Below are positions 1-12,260 of a stretch of 64,000 bases of DNA, one piece after another; the first letter of the stretch is position 1, and each line of letters opens with the position of its first letter. The translations under genes were made by a program, and so were the position numbers. Location of the stretch: assembly GCA_976226885.1 (NCBI GenBank), contig OZ320314.1, positions 31,496,001-31,560,000 of the forward strand. The letters run 5' to 3'. The notes below the pieces were generated by a model. The model worked only from the letters and a program-made list of their open reading frames with translations, did not search any database and was not told the DNA's origin. This DNA comes from Iphione sp. A-MEVVRFRX5 (lineage: Eukaryota).

Positions 1-1138
1 TTCTAAACTTGGAACCTATGCAGCAGTTATTGTAAATGAACAAAGGTTATAAAAAGAGCTAGATATTTGATGCGGTGATTTCAATATATATCGGGGAAAC
101 CATTTCATAAACTTATTTGGTCTGTAATGCACAAGAAAACATTACAAAATGTTAATTAAGCAATGGCCTGTGCGAGAAGCTACCCGAATGATGCATGGCC
201 AACCAAACTTCCCGTTAGGTGTTCAATCGATTACTTCCGACAATGGATTCGGTTATTGATCTTTATAATGAACAACGGGTCCTGCCGCCTGATTGGATCG
301 TCATCCAAGACCCGGTGTAAATGCTAGAAAGGACTGGATAGACCAGAATTCGCGGCAGCTTGCTATTTTCATTTGGAAACACATCAAGTAAATCTTACCC
401 ATAAGGTGTCTTCACGTCGAGTATCCAATTACCTGATACACTTGTTCCAGATCGTTTGAAATCTCCGGGAAAACGGTATGGGTCCTCCCGTTCCCCTAAT
501 AATATTTCGATCCATTAAGTGATGCTTGGAGACTGTATCCGTAAACCATCCACCTAGGAGGATACCGGGTTACAAGTGCGCCGCCCAGATGACATTGACC
601 TATTGCGCCTCAGAAGCCAGATAAGGAAACACATGAGGAGGCTACACCGTCCTCATACATCAAGGGATTGAAACTGGGAATTAGCGTGATCGTATAATCA
701 ACGACTGCATTAGTAAGGAAGAAAGAACTTTTTGATCGGTTATGACGATCGTAGCCATTGTTAACGCAAAGACAACCAATAACAAGCATTAAACATCTCG
801 GATGAAAGCCATGCGAAGTGAGGGATAATAAGTGGATAACACATGCGCGGGAATAAGTGAAACTGCCCCGAGTGAATTGCGTCTGTAAAGGAGGGGGTTG
901 GGGCGAGAGGATCCTTCACAAGTACAGGAGTAGTTTACACAGTGGAAATCGAAAGTAAGTTCTTGCAATATTAAACTGATCAAACTAAATCGTTTTCTTT
1001 TTCTCTACATTTGATTCATATGTATGACATTTGTATGATGTTTACATATCAAAGAATAGAGATGGTGGATATACCACTGTGCTCGACGAACAATGGACAG
1101 GAGCAAGCAATGTCCTGCAGCCTATGATCTGCAGCATC

Positions 1139-1480
1139 TAAGGCCCCCAAAAATAGGTGTGTTTCTGGTAACCCACCCCTACCTAGTAAAATCACACCGT
1201 ACCTAAAAGTTTTTTGGCCCCAAAGAGTTTCCAAGGCTGAATTTCCTTAGGTATGTGTTTTCACAGTGTATATTTTTGGTAAATTCAGTAAAAACAAAAA
1301 AATCCTTGGAAATTCAAGAAAAAACTGTAAAACTGCAAATTGATCAAAATTTTCCATATTGTCTTTATTTATTATTGAAAACCAGAGCAAAAAAATGGGG
1401 GGAACAAAAAGATACCCCCCTCCCTACCTAGATTTTTGGCTTGTCGTTACCAGAAACACACCTATTTTATTTTTGCCTAA
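1139..1480. mobile_element. Non-autonomous DNA transposon (MITE), AGGCC-terminal family, copy 1
   Basis: Imperfect TIRs: left taaggcccccaaaaataggtgtgtttctggtaac, right gttaccagaaacacacctattttatttttgcctaa. About 340 bp. Related copies at 39475, 50400 and 63359. Confidence 0.75.
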
Positions 1481-3363
1481 CCGATCATGTGCACCCATTG
1501 AACTCGCTGGGTCATTATGCAAATCATATGCCGTTCATGGTGCACGTTAGGTAGGGTATGCAGCCCCTAGCTTGTGCGACGCAAGTTCTCTCACTGCACA
1601 CTGCTGTCTCCAACGTCCTGTGCAGTAACCTTTGCTCTGGTTCCCGAGATTGACCTTCCTTCTTCAGCACTATTTTTCAGGACTGAAGGCTTGAATAATA
1701 GATTTGGCCTGCATGAAGTGAGAGTTAGTAAACCCTAACCAATGTATCTGTATCTGTATATGTGACAGACTGATGGAGCTATAGAAAGGAAGATGCAAGT
1801 GACACGTTGTTAACAGATACAATACGGGGGTCATAAGAAATGGTGCGTCTTTTATTCCGACGCAAACCCCAGCTGTTCTCATCAAGCAAACGTGGTTTCA
1901 ACAGAAATCAGGCCATTGCATTTGCACTGTTCACTGTATCAAACTATAGGCTCATTATCAGTAACAAGAGTTACGAGATACAATAAGACCGATGTAATGA
2001 AGCAAGCATAGGGTGCGAAAAGGTAATTAAAAGCAATGGTATTGAAAGTGTTACAGTCGTTTATCTTCATTAAGCAGTAAGATATCATAAGTTTAAAAGA
2101 GAAAATTGCAATATTAAATATTAGGGTGAAGTGAGAAAAACCTGCTTGGATAAGGCCTATTTTATCATTATCATCGGCCTGGTTGCATTTCATTCCAGGG
2201 CTTTTATGAGAGTCCTCATAACAAAAGGTCCCTCGATGTAGAGAGAACTCAAGGTTGTAGTATTTTCCAGTGCTCTTCTCCGTGTTTTATTCGATAAGAA
2301 ACTACCATGACTGTTTTTGCTGAATTTCAAGTGTGATTATCGTGGTTATTTCGACATGTCCTGGCAGCTGATTTGAGCTAATCAATTCATTACTGGAAAA
2401 AAGTAAATGTCAATTGGGAGTTCAACACCACAAAAGTTTAAGGCGAAGAAAACTAAATACCATGGTACTAATTTGGCAGAGACATAATTATTAGGTATGT
2501 TGAAACCCACCCACAAACAATATATGAGTTCCACTCGGAAGCCAACAACAAACTCAATGGCGGGAAAATGAACATTTCACGCGTATCCTTACTTCATGTC
2601 AGAGACATTTGCATATGTATTAGTCCACTGAAATTAAGTATTGCTTCTGCATGTGCATGTAGATATGCAAAGATCCATTTGTGGTCTGGTACGGATTTCC
2701 TATGCCATAGGCTTTTATACTGAAAGGCATTTGGTAACCATATGCAACTCATCAATTTATATGCAATCCATGGGGGTAGCTATATGCTGTCAGATGCATC
2801 AGCATAACTTCAAGATAGCTACGTGTGAAACCAGCCTAACACCTAAGATTGTTATATGGATTAATTGTTTCTTCAATTTTCACGTGGAGTGATGGCTAGT
2901 AATGCCCATATAAAGGAGACATTAAACCTAGCCAAGCTGGCAACTTTCGCGAAAACCAGGAAGTTCCTCAAAGGATCATCCTGGTGGCTCCATTGTAGTT
3001 TTCACTCATACAAACAAATTGTCTTCGTTTTACATAATCGGAGTTTCCTTCTTCACGATGAAACATAAATACGATGCTTGTTTATTTAGCATACAATTAT
3101 TTCCCTATTCACGTTTCATTTCCCAGTATCGTTTGTCTCTCTGTCAATATCTTTCTTTCTCCCTCTCCCTCTCCGTTCCTCCCCTTTTCCTCTCTTTCTC
3201 TTTCTCTCCTCTCTTTTTTTCTCTTTCTATCATTCGAATTATATGTGTGAATCAAGAGACGTCCACGATCCTTCCACACAAACCGTTCTAATCGAAAAAC
3301 GCCCTCAGACTTAAATGTTTCATCACTCCTGAAAATGACTCCCACTGAGCTGAATCCGTATTT

Positions 3364-3700
3364 ACTCACCTGAGCATATTATTTCATGAGCCGGCACAAA
3401 ACAAATACACTTCTTTTCTCTCTCGCAAGAGTATGGGGTGCAGACCGTGTTTTCGATTAACGCATATGGGTACCGCCGCTCAATGGCTTACTTTAATCCA
3501 ATCGATCCTGCGGGGCCAGATTAAAACGTGCGGTTTTCACCTCGTTCTAAAGCGCGCGACCAAACTAGCGCAAACAGCATCTGGCCGCAAATATTGGACC
3601 GCGAAACAAATCACCGAAATGTGTCGAGTGACTCAGTCTAAAATACGTTCTGATCGTTGTGTTTGCGTGGAGACCATGGCCGCTTCCCCCCCCCCCACAT
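3364..3700. promoter_or_regulatory. CpG-rich putative promoter with a non-coding first exon on the minus strand (donor at 3369)
   Basis: Local CpG enrichment at about 3440-3690, CCAAT/ATTGG boxes and a TGACTCA site near 3629. The minus strand has a consensus donor CAG|GTGAGT (plus strand actcacctg, 3364-3372). Confidence 0.4.
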
Positions 3701-4243
3701 TATTCTCCATAGTCTTTACAGAATTGACCATACGAAAACACATGGTATGCTTTTACCAATTTAGAGACCTTATGGGAGGCTCTAACATCGGTGCGGTAGA
3801 ATTGGTTAAAGTTATTTGATAACACAGCTCTAAAATAAAATATCAGAATACTTTTTTACAGTTTTTAACGGACATTTGTGCAGTAGGCTTTAATGTCAAT
3901 TAAAAACATGACAGTAAAATAAATTAAAGCACGGTGGCCATCTTTTTTCTCTTTAGGCTTATATCGGGAAGTGTACCAATATATCATGTATTGTCACTGT
4001 TTGGATTAGCATGAGGAGGTGTTATTAGCTGGTGATGCTCTCTTGAAAGAAAGTGTTTGGGGTGACGACAAACAGATTACAAAACGATTGTTTGAATAAC
4101 GACAGTGTATTGTGAACACGATACTGGGCATTTAAATACATGTACAAAGAGTAATAATTGAAATAACGTTCATTAGATAATATATGAGTATAAATTAGAA
4201 AAAAATACCCAGAAAAATGTTACATAGAAAATGAATTGAATAA

Positions 4244-4921
4244 TTATAATTGTTCCGCCATCAAATTGCTGTGCTCATCCTTCACCCTAAAGCCGTATAT
4301 CTTGCAATTATAAAAATATACTGCAAACGACATGGCTTTTGTAGTATGATCTCCTATAATCCTCTGTTCCCAGAGTGCCACCTCATCTGCTAACGTCACT
4401 GAATCTGCGCCCTGTGGACTGATGCCCACCCTTTTGCTGAAGAGAACTTTCTGGTGGGCCTCTAGGGCATCCCTAAATATTTTGAAGTGGGGACACTCCT
4501 ACTTCAACAGTCATACACTTGCTCTGTTCAGTGTGTCTCTCATATGTTGCTGGATACCAGCAGCTACATTGGTGACAGTGCCTGAAAGGCAATAAGGAAA
4601 TATCAAACTTTGAATATAGAATAGGGCCCTTATATACAGCATACTACCTATGAAAAGATACTTATCTAGAGGATAATCCAAGTTGTCCTTCTTCCATATT
4701 TCCGATATGAATTTGGCTAACCAGTAATCCAGTTTGGGGAGAATTTGAGTGGTGAGGTCAGGTATAGGCCAGTTTGGATCTTTATTGGACTCCAGCTTCC
4801 AGGCCCTCCATGCGTGCCACTCTTTATATAGGGCTACTGCCAACTGTGATGCCAGCTGTGAGTTTCGTAGTATATGAGTATGCTGATTCAGTTGCATTTG
4901 AAATTCAATAAGTGTGACCAC
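4244..4921 (-). mobile_element. Degenerate Crypton-type tyrosine recombinase (DUF3504/ZMYM-like) remnant
   Basis: Minus-strand peptides LDYWLAKFISEIWKKDNLDYP...IQQHMR and FKIFRDALEAHQKVLFSKRVG...ADSVTLADEVALWEQRIIG...AVYFYNCKIYGFRVKDEHSNL match the recognisable DUF3504 pattern (L.YWL.KF..E.RK.DG..YP; LW..G.LG; FYN.K.FG.R..DEH..L). Interrupted by stops and frameshifts. Confidence 0.75.
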
Positions 4922-6821
4922 TTATGTCCACTGATGTTTGAGATTGACTTTGAGCTTGAGAGGCATAGTGCTATTACTCAGTCTGATCAATCCAGGTGAG
5001 TATATTGAAGTTCAAATCAAAATTTGGTTCGTCCATGCTAACTCATTAGGGTCAACTGACAAGCAGGTTGCGCCGTTGAAGCTAGAGGTTTGTGTTCATT
5101 ACTACATTATGTAATCAGGTCTAACAAGCAATTAACTATTTTGAGAGAGGGAGCCATGCTTTTAGTCAGATACACACCTCGTAGAGCATGTACTTGATAC
5201 ATTCCCACAGTTGGGATACACTCGGCTGTGCCGAATGCTAATCCCTAATGTGGGAATATATCGCATACAACACTCTATTTGGTATATATCTATCACATTT
5301 TGAAATACTTTCACATCTGTTACGGTATCTTTTTGCTCTACCTGATTTTCATCTATTCCGTATGGTTCTGCCTTATACACTTGCAATTAACTTTATGCAA
5401 TCACACTATTTTTTATCGAAATATTGAACATTGAACTGTTCCGACTAATAACACTGTATGTTTCTAAGCAATTCTCTGCTTAATGTTAACTAGTACAGGA
5501 AAAGGTATCTTTACTCTTCCTCGAATACTATAAGCAGTAGAAAAAAAACTGAACAAGTACTTTCTCTCTCCGTTATTACTTTTTATTGGAGAAATTTAAA
5601 CAGAACGATATATACTCTATGTGTGCCTTGAAGGCACGTGTTAGGAGGAGAGAAACGCACCGGTCATTTGCTGACTGCATCGTGAAAGTGCAAGATGGCT
5701 TCCAATCAATTATCGAGGTGGATGGCAGAGAGTTCTCTGGACCATGACGAGGAGATCGTGACAGGAATGAGAGGCTCTGTACAAGGGTTATCCACCGTCT
5801 AATATTCCCATGTTCCACTCCCAGTGTACAATCGGACCTCTGCAGACGTACCTCTCTGCAAGAAGGATATTACCACACGGATTGTAGTTCATATCTACTA
5901 CCAACGTGAAGGAATTTCTCGTAACTACCTGAAGCATTGTTTCCACCTGTGGGTTACATGGTTGGAATTGCGGCGAGAGAGGCAGTCATTCAGGACACAT
6001 ACCTGTCTGCCTGGTATTTCAGGAGCGGGAATATTGAGAGATCCATATCGTTGCATCATTATTGACGTTCGATGAAAGTTATGCAAAAAGGAATTCCTCA
6101 TGGGTGGCTGTCTGTCTTTGGCGCAGGTGAATATTTTGTATACGTGTAGCATGACATAGGAGTGCAGCAACAGAGGCAGGAAAACTCATTCATTGTTCTT
6201 CAGGATTTCATAACCTCCATGTGAGATGTGTTAGACCAATATACTTGCTTTCACAGCTCTGAGGGACGGGTCGTAATTAACAAAGCCCAATAGGTGTGTA
6301 ACCCGTTCGAATTTCCATGACGAAGGATAATTTAAAATGGGTTTTAACAGCCAGAACCTTTATTACCATATATTTATTGCCTTTTTATGGGTTTTAGAGG
6401 TCTCCTGGAGTATCCAGCTCCGCTCGGTTTACTGCGCTATTGTGTACACGTACATGTATACATACTCAAAGTAACGATAATCGGGTGCATACGTACGCCC
6501 TTGTCTTGAAGCCATTGATTGCTTTCTCTAACGCCCACTGCGTATTTTGCCAATAGCGTTTCTCAGGACTGGAATATTTTTCGACAATAAGTGGCTTGGA
6601 GGGGTAGAGCTTTCAGCTAAGAAGTCTCTTATCTGAAGTCGCTAGGAAAACTTACTTCCTAATTATATGTCCCCACTGACTTGGCTGGTTAAAAGGGAGG
6701 CGGAACCTATTGGGAGCATTTAATCCCATCGGAGAGGTTGTGGCACGGTGAGCTAACCCCTTGTGAGTAGTTTCTATACATAGTGTAATAAACTGCAGCC
6801 AGGTTTGCACACCCCCCCTTA

Positions 6822-7388
6822 GGATATTCTCAGCGTGGTGTCTGGTTTATAGTCAGTTGGACTACAATCACAGCTCTAGAGTCAGAGGACGTGAATCAGC
6901 AGAATGATAGAGTCGCATTGTACTAGACACTTTTCAATTTCTTAGTTCCATACAGTGTTCTCTCTCTTTAAGTAGAAGTTATCTAATTTGTAAGGATGTT
7001 CTCAGTATGGTATCTAGTATATAGTCCGCAGGCTACAATCACAGCTTTAGAGTAAGAGGAGGCTGATCAGCAGAAGAGAAGTAATAGATTCACCACAGTT
7101 CATTCTCCCAATTCTATACAGTTTTCTCTCTCTATAAGAGGAAGGTGGCTAATGTATTAAGATGTTCTCAGCATGGTGTCTAGTATATAGTCAGCAGGGT
7201 ACAATCATAGCTTTAGAGACAGAGAAGCTGAATCAGCAGATGTGGAGTAAAGGATTCACCACTGTTCACTCTCTTAGTTCTATACAGTTTTCCCTCTCTT
7301 TAAGTAGAAGGCAGCGAAATCATTAGGATGTTCTCAGCATGGTGTCTAGTACAATGTATATAGTCAGTGGACTACAGTCACAGCTAGT
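6822..7388. repeat. Tandem repeat, about 166-172 bp unit, about 3.4 copies
   Basis: Unit start (g/a)gat(a/g)ttctcag recurs at about 6822, 6994, 7160 and 7326, each followed by tggt(g/a)tct(a/g)g...tacaatca(c/t)agct. Units are diverged. Confidence 0.85.
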
Positions 7389-8820
7389 TCCTGAACCTTA
7401 CATTGGTCTGAAGTATTAGTAAAGGAGATGATGTGTGGCGCGTAAGAGTTTCAATGAAGGTTATTCGAAAATTTCATTGCCGTTTTTTAAATTTCTACAA
7501 CATACAGCGGAGCATTCTCCTAAATTCACAGCGTATTGAGGGAGCAGGAATAATCAACATCCTCCCTGTGGAATGAGCGTGGACACATTGGTTAGTGTGA
7601 TCATGTGTTAAGGCTGATTTAATGCAAACCTATTTTTTAAAACGGTGAGTCTGATTATCTAGTGATTGAAACCTGTCAGTTTTAACAAATGCCATTTCAA
7701 ACAAAGGTGACTTAGAGTGTCAACTTTCAAATGTATAAGAGAGGTGGACGAAGGAAGATATCATCAAAAGACTAAGACTGAAAAGAACCTCGGAAAGAGA
7801 AAGGGAAACTGTCTACGACTCAGCTGGCCCAGTTCGTCAGCCTGGTTGACATCGCAAGACAGGAAGGATAAATGGCAGCAGTGCAAGCATGGTCCGCGAC
7901 AATATGTCAACTATAGGCTGATAAAGGAATATGGTCTTGTATATCTACAATTAGAGTCATGTCTATTAGATCCGATTAGGACAGCAAGGTTCAGTTTCTA
8001 TAGAAACTACAATACCGACACATATCTATGCGAATGGACAAATAATATACATATGTGCGGTAGGGATAGGCCACCTTGCTCCATACAAGAGAATGAAACT
8101 AAAAATGGTGTCAGCGAAGTACCTTTTTAGAGGGAAGTGTCTATAGACAGCGGCAAAATCCCTCTCAACCCCCATTTTGACACATGTGCCTTTGCACTCC
8201 TCCACCTGCGTTGATACCTCCACCTGCTACTGCATTACACGCAATAAATCTAATTGCCACGAGACATTGACCTTCCCGCTATCGTCGCAAACCTATTTCT
8301 TGCTCTACAGAAGAAGGAATTTACGTAGCGCAGATAATTGACATTTTTCAGAGGATTGACAAGGACAATATGCTAGCAAGTGTTGTGAATTTGCGTATTA
8401 TGTCGTGCACGAAAACATCTGTACACCCACAGATGCTCAATAAAAATATTTAATTCAATCAATTTAAACAAACGAGCAATGTTTGGAACCGACTTTACCT
8501 TACATAAACGTTATACACTCGGATATAATACACTTAGTACGTTATTCCAATCCAACTGATGATAAACCATGAAAGGTAAAAGATGTGATAGGGTGCTAGA
8601 TGTAATTACATTGGTTAAGTCCAGAGGACTGAGATTGGACAGTGTCTGTTAGACGATCAATAGAGATGAACACTTCATATATGTACATGTATATTGTTTT
8701 CTTTTGTCTTTATGGTGCATTGCATGGACATATTTTTCTTCATTGGTTGTCCCAATGCTTTTATGGGGAAGACATATTTGCTACGACAAGTCTGCGACCA
8801 CCCGGGTAAATTATATATAG

Positions 8821-8872
8821 AAATGGCAGAACAGGACAGAAAGTCGCTTGACCCACTGAAGCGAGTGTATAA
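8821..8872 (+). CDS. Candidate coding exon, possibly containing a start codon (MAEQDRKSLDPLKRVY)
   Basis: tatatag acceptor, ATG at 8823 in AAATGG context, only one open frame, strong AA|gtaagc donor. I found no convincing phase-2 partner exon. Confidence 0.35.
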
Positions 8873-10437
8873 GTAAGCAGCAGCAATAATTCACAATTTT
8901 GGACTGTCCTATGGGCAGTGAAATCCGAAACCCCACTCCTTGAACATGTACCATAGCTCTTACCGGTAGAGCAATGTGCCAGTGAGTTTCAGTTATAGTA
9001 GCCGTCGCCATCAGGGACGTACTAGGGACTACTGGTACGGTTCCTTGTTTGCAGAGGTCTTCATTGTCTCTGTTGAGAAGAGACCTCACGCCTGTCCACT
9101 ATCCAACCGAATCCACTATAGATCGCTGGGACGTGTCAGCATCAGATTCTTTTAACTGCGCCATCGTGTTCTACATGGCAGTAGCATACATGCACACTCC
9201 CTTCGTCTCCTTCACTGTACGTTCGTGCTCCGTTTATTCTACTGGCAGGAGATGACAGCTCAGTACAGTTCTCGCTCCTATACTGGTGGGTAAGGGCATT
9301 GGCTTCAGGGAGGACCGGCTATTTAAGGTATAGGTCAATATTAAAGGGCATGGGTTGTGTATGCATGTATAATGGCACCAGTTTCTCACAGTAAAGGAGA
9401 CTTGGGGCGGGGACTCTCCGTTGGTTGGATATTTAAGATGATAAATTCCAGAATGTTTTCTCTTCCTTGCATCATGGCGGCTTAAAAGTCTCCACTATGA
9501 GGCAAGGTTACACTGGCAATAGAAATGTAATCTTTTGAGATAGGAGGATACTCACTATAAAACTACCAAACTGAGATCGTCTTCTAGAGGAGCCATTGGG
9601 GAAGTGTCCGCCACGAAGCTACAGCGCAGGTTATTTTCTTTTTTTCTCACGTCATAATGGGCTCCGCACCATGCAGACCAAATGTGTTCTTTGGAGATCA
9701 TCTTTCATATTTGTGGCCTCACTACTTAAAAACTCAGGTGTCTTGCTAACGCTGAAATACGAGCAGGTATGATAGCTAGGTTTGATGTCTGCATGTTGTC
9801 TTTAAGCTCGGCACTGAACAAGTTATTTTGCAGTAACATTAGTGGTCCCTCTCCTGACCTTTGACTAGGGTTCTCAGAGAACCAAGGTCGAAGCTGTAGA
9901 AACTATAATGTATGGTTCTGCTCCAGTCGGTCTTGTTAGAAATAAGCTTTCGGGGGTATAATGGTCACTGTGAATTCGCGGTTCTTTGTTTCATTACCAT
10001 GTCATCTTGCTGTTACTGGAATTACTGTAGGAGTACATGTATGTTGGGACATGTTGTTAGGGTAAGAGAGTTTTAAAGGGAGGGTGGAGGGAGAAAAGAG
10101 AGATGGAGGCCGAGAGAAAGTGACTGACATCGAGAAAAGGCAGATAAGGATTCAACATGAATGAGGAAATAATTGTTTACTAAATAAGTAAGCATCAGAT
10201 CTGTTTGGTCGTGAGGAATGTACGTGTTTGCATGTTTCTGAATGTGACATTTAATTGATGCATAAGAAGTTGATTCCATGCATCCTATAAGCACTGACAT
10301 TCATCATTAATCAAAGCCATCCGTTTATGTATGCTTATCTCTGAACAGGCATACACCTCAATAGACTAGGACTCCAATCCTTTAGATTTATGCGTCAAAC
10401 AGTGATTTATTGATTGTAATTTTTTGTATCTCCGCAG

Positions 10438-10611
10438 GAGGTCGATTCTACCGTTTGGTCGGGCGAGTGGAGTACTTCCGGTTCGTCTGGCTCCATGCCG
10501 CCTCCGCGGGCCGGAAGTGGCGTCGGCGCGCGGGCGGGGACCCGTCCCGCCAGCCGCACGTCACTCGGATCTGTAGCGTCCAGCATTGGCTCAGCCGACG
10601 CCTTCGCTGAC
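10438..10611 (+). CDS. Coding exon, phase 0-0, Ser/Gly-rich (EVDSTVWSGEWSTSGSSGSMPPPRAGSGVGARAGTRPASRTSLGSVASSIGSADAFAD)
   Basis: tttttgtatctccgcag acceptor, GAC|gtgagt donor, 174 nt, GC-rich island, only one frame open across it. Linkage to the downstream gene is inferred, not shown. Confidence 0.75.
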
Positions 10612-12135
10612 GTGAGTAAACCCACCTGTACGCGATACATCACACCCTCGCCACATAGGAACAAATAGGATCAAAGATTGATGTTATGCTTTAGAAATAA
10701 AATGCCTTGCTTTAAGTTGGTTATGTGCACCTTGTTAGGAGCAGTTGTTGAAATGCTTTATTGTGGTGGACATGCATTGTCGGACTGGGGATCCAACATC
10801 ATGGTCTGGTCAGAATATCCGATGGCTGAAGAATCCGATAAATGAGTGTTGGATGTCAGATTTCTGTAGGTATTGCAATTAATAATGGTATGTCTATTGG
10901 CTTGTTGTAACATGAAATTATTGCATAAGCCACTAGGACTCTGTATGTATATTAGGAGCACAATTTTCTGAATTAACAGGCATTCTCGCTTTGCACTCAG
11001 CATAGGTCCTGCAGTGGAGTGAACTAGATTTTCTAGTATTGGAGTTGGTTTATGTGACATCTCTATCTTTCTGAGCTGTTAGGTGACGTTTGCCAGCCAC
11101 TTGTATGTTACACTATCAATTCCCACACTCAGAATTTAGAGGATTTCATTTTTTTATCAAATGAAAGGTCATACATCCAAAGGCTCTGACAATGTTTTGT
11201 TACGTATTACTATAGAACTTATGTAAGAACAATTCTCGGTACGTGCCTACACCTTAAACACAAAAAGCAGGCAAGGTGATAAGGTAATTGTTTTGTTTAC
11301 TTATTATGTAGCTATGTGTGCTTGGTGTTTCGCAACATTTATATGTCCTTCACCAGGAGTGGTATGCGTTGCGTCATTCATACTTGCAGTCAATCTCTTA
11401 GTCTTGTTTTACTACAGGGAAGATGCCAGAACGTCAGGTTGTTCAGAACTTCAGGTTGTTCCAATTATCAAAACTAAGGATCTGTAATCATTTTGATTAC
11501 ATCATTTTTTCACTTTACACCGAACACGACAACTGCCTGTCCTCAATGCTATGCTTCGGGCATTAAAAATCTCATGCCATCTTACTACGACCTTCGGGGA
11601 ACGGAATCGCACAATTTACTGCACGAAGACCTATTGAATGAAACATTGCTGAGCAGAAGCACATTGTTTGTCTTGGTTACATATTTCAAATTTAGGCGTT
11701 CGTATTCCCAGGCATCTATTAAAAGACTGTAAGAGACACACTGTGACAAGTCCTCGGGATTCTCGAACAACAGAGCCTCTCTTTGCCTGGATGATTGAAC
11801 TATTGCGGCCAGCGGTTGAATGAACACACAACACGTGTTCACTGGGGAAACCCACCTCTTGTTAATTTGACTAACAAGACTAGAACCCCCAAAATATTGT
11901 TTTTACCCAATAAGAATGAAGCCATCATCATTACACTACAATTAGAAAACGGCTGCCGGAAATAAGGTCCATGCCTTATGATCACTGTGCATACATGAAA
12001 TCTAATGAGGCAATAAATGAGCTGCTCACAAGAGGGTCCCACTCTGTCAGAAGGAATTCCTAGTAATGATGTATTAGGGGAAGCCCCCAAGTTTGTATAA
12101 ACTACCAGTGGAAGCGTCAAAGACACTTGTTAAAG

Positions 12136-12260
12136 GGTAAAAACATCTTTAAAACGCCCTCCCTGTCTCGTAGTATACCATAATATCGCCCGCCTTGAAT
12201 CGGGCGATAATATCATGGTATACTACGAGATAGGGAGGGCGTTTTGAAGATGTTTTTACC
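12136..12260. repeat. Long palindrome / fold-back element
   Basis: Arm ggtaaaaacatctttaaaacgccctccctgtctcgtagtataccataatatcgccc is the near-perfect reverse complement of gggcgataatatcatggtatactacgagatagggagggcgttttgaagatgtttttacc. Arms about 56 bp, short loop. Confidence 0.9.

Noticed and set aside
7717-8130. 137-aa ORF
   Set aside because: No recognisable motif; at most a degraded TE fragment.
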